A stretch of DNA of 64,000 nucleotides from an uncultured Methanosarcinaceae archaeon. GTDB lineage: Archaea > Halobacteriota > Methanosarcinia > Methanosarcinales > Methanosarcinaceae. The stretch is from positions 1-64,000 of the forward strand of contig CAWJYV010000004.1 in NCBI GenBank assembly GCA_963847185.1. The letters are read 5' to 3'. The notes below the pieces were generated by a model. The model did no database searches. It was given only the letters and a program-made list of their open reading frames with translations, and was not told the DNA's origin. Below, piece after piece: positions 63,687 to 64,000 of this stretch. Made by a program: the position numbers and the translations under genes. Each line of letters begins with the position of its first letter. Position 1 is the stretch's first letter.

Positions 63687-64000
63687 CTGGTCAATTTACT
63701 CAAAGTTCATTATCCAGAGTTTACCGGCCAAATTACCAGTATCCACAAATCAATATCTGATACTGAAAACAGAAATTCTTGTTCCACTTACGCTAGGCAA
63801 ATTAGAGTTCTCACATTCGGAGAAGCTCTCTTCGATATCATTAAAGGCACGGCCCATCTCGGAGGAGCTCCCTTTAACCTTGCAGCCCATATCGCAAAAC
63901 TGGGTGCAAAACCGACTGTCCTAACAGCAGTAGGCAGGGATGAGTTTGGAAAAATCCTGCTTTCCAGGGCTGAAGAAATGGGAATTGACACATCATACAT
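63687..64000 (+). CDS. PfkB-family carbohydrate kinase, runs off the window
   Basis: IRVLTFGEALFD...GGAPFNLAAH...AVGRDEFG from 63801; start uncertain (CTG 63687 after GGAGG, or ATG 63588). Confidence 0.85.
   Translation, partial: MVNLLKVHYPEFTGQITSIHKSISDTENRNSCSTYARQIRVLTFGEALFDIIKGTAHLGGAPFNLAAHIAKLGAKPTVLTAVGRDEFGKILLSRAEEMGIDTSY

Noticed and set aside
63788-64000. minus-strand 70-aa ORF
   Set aside because: Antisense to the PfkB kinase on the + strand.

Overview
Window from a Methanosarcina-type methanogenic archaeon. The evidence is a pyrrolysine mtmCB-mtmP locus, HisKA_2 PAS kinases, cydAB and Methanosarcina-type IS elements and MITEs. Main content: (1) two copies of a 1140-bp IS701-family element, one with an IS630 nested in it; (2) a GT4 / GH130 / GT4-cupin sugar cluster; (3) tRNA-Leu(TAA) followed by an AT-rich island of about 5.8 kb that looks like a decayed casposon, with a terminal repeat next to the tRNA, a broken ~1050-codon membrane gene, an intact HEPN-motif gene and a 5'-truncated casposase-type cas1; (4) the monomethylamine methyltransferase operon with an in-frame amber codon, a permease flanked by three small membrane ORFs, and a divergent regulator / Cache kinase / response-regulator set; (5) an orphan Gly/Phe/Cys-rich peptide gene; (6) Fur-cydAB and housekeeping genes; (7) IS remnants and several MITEs, one of them a composite MITE present twice. 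All family calls come from motif recognition by eye; no database searches were run.
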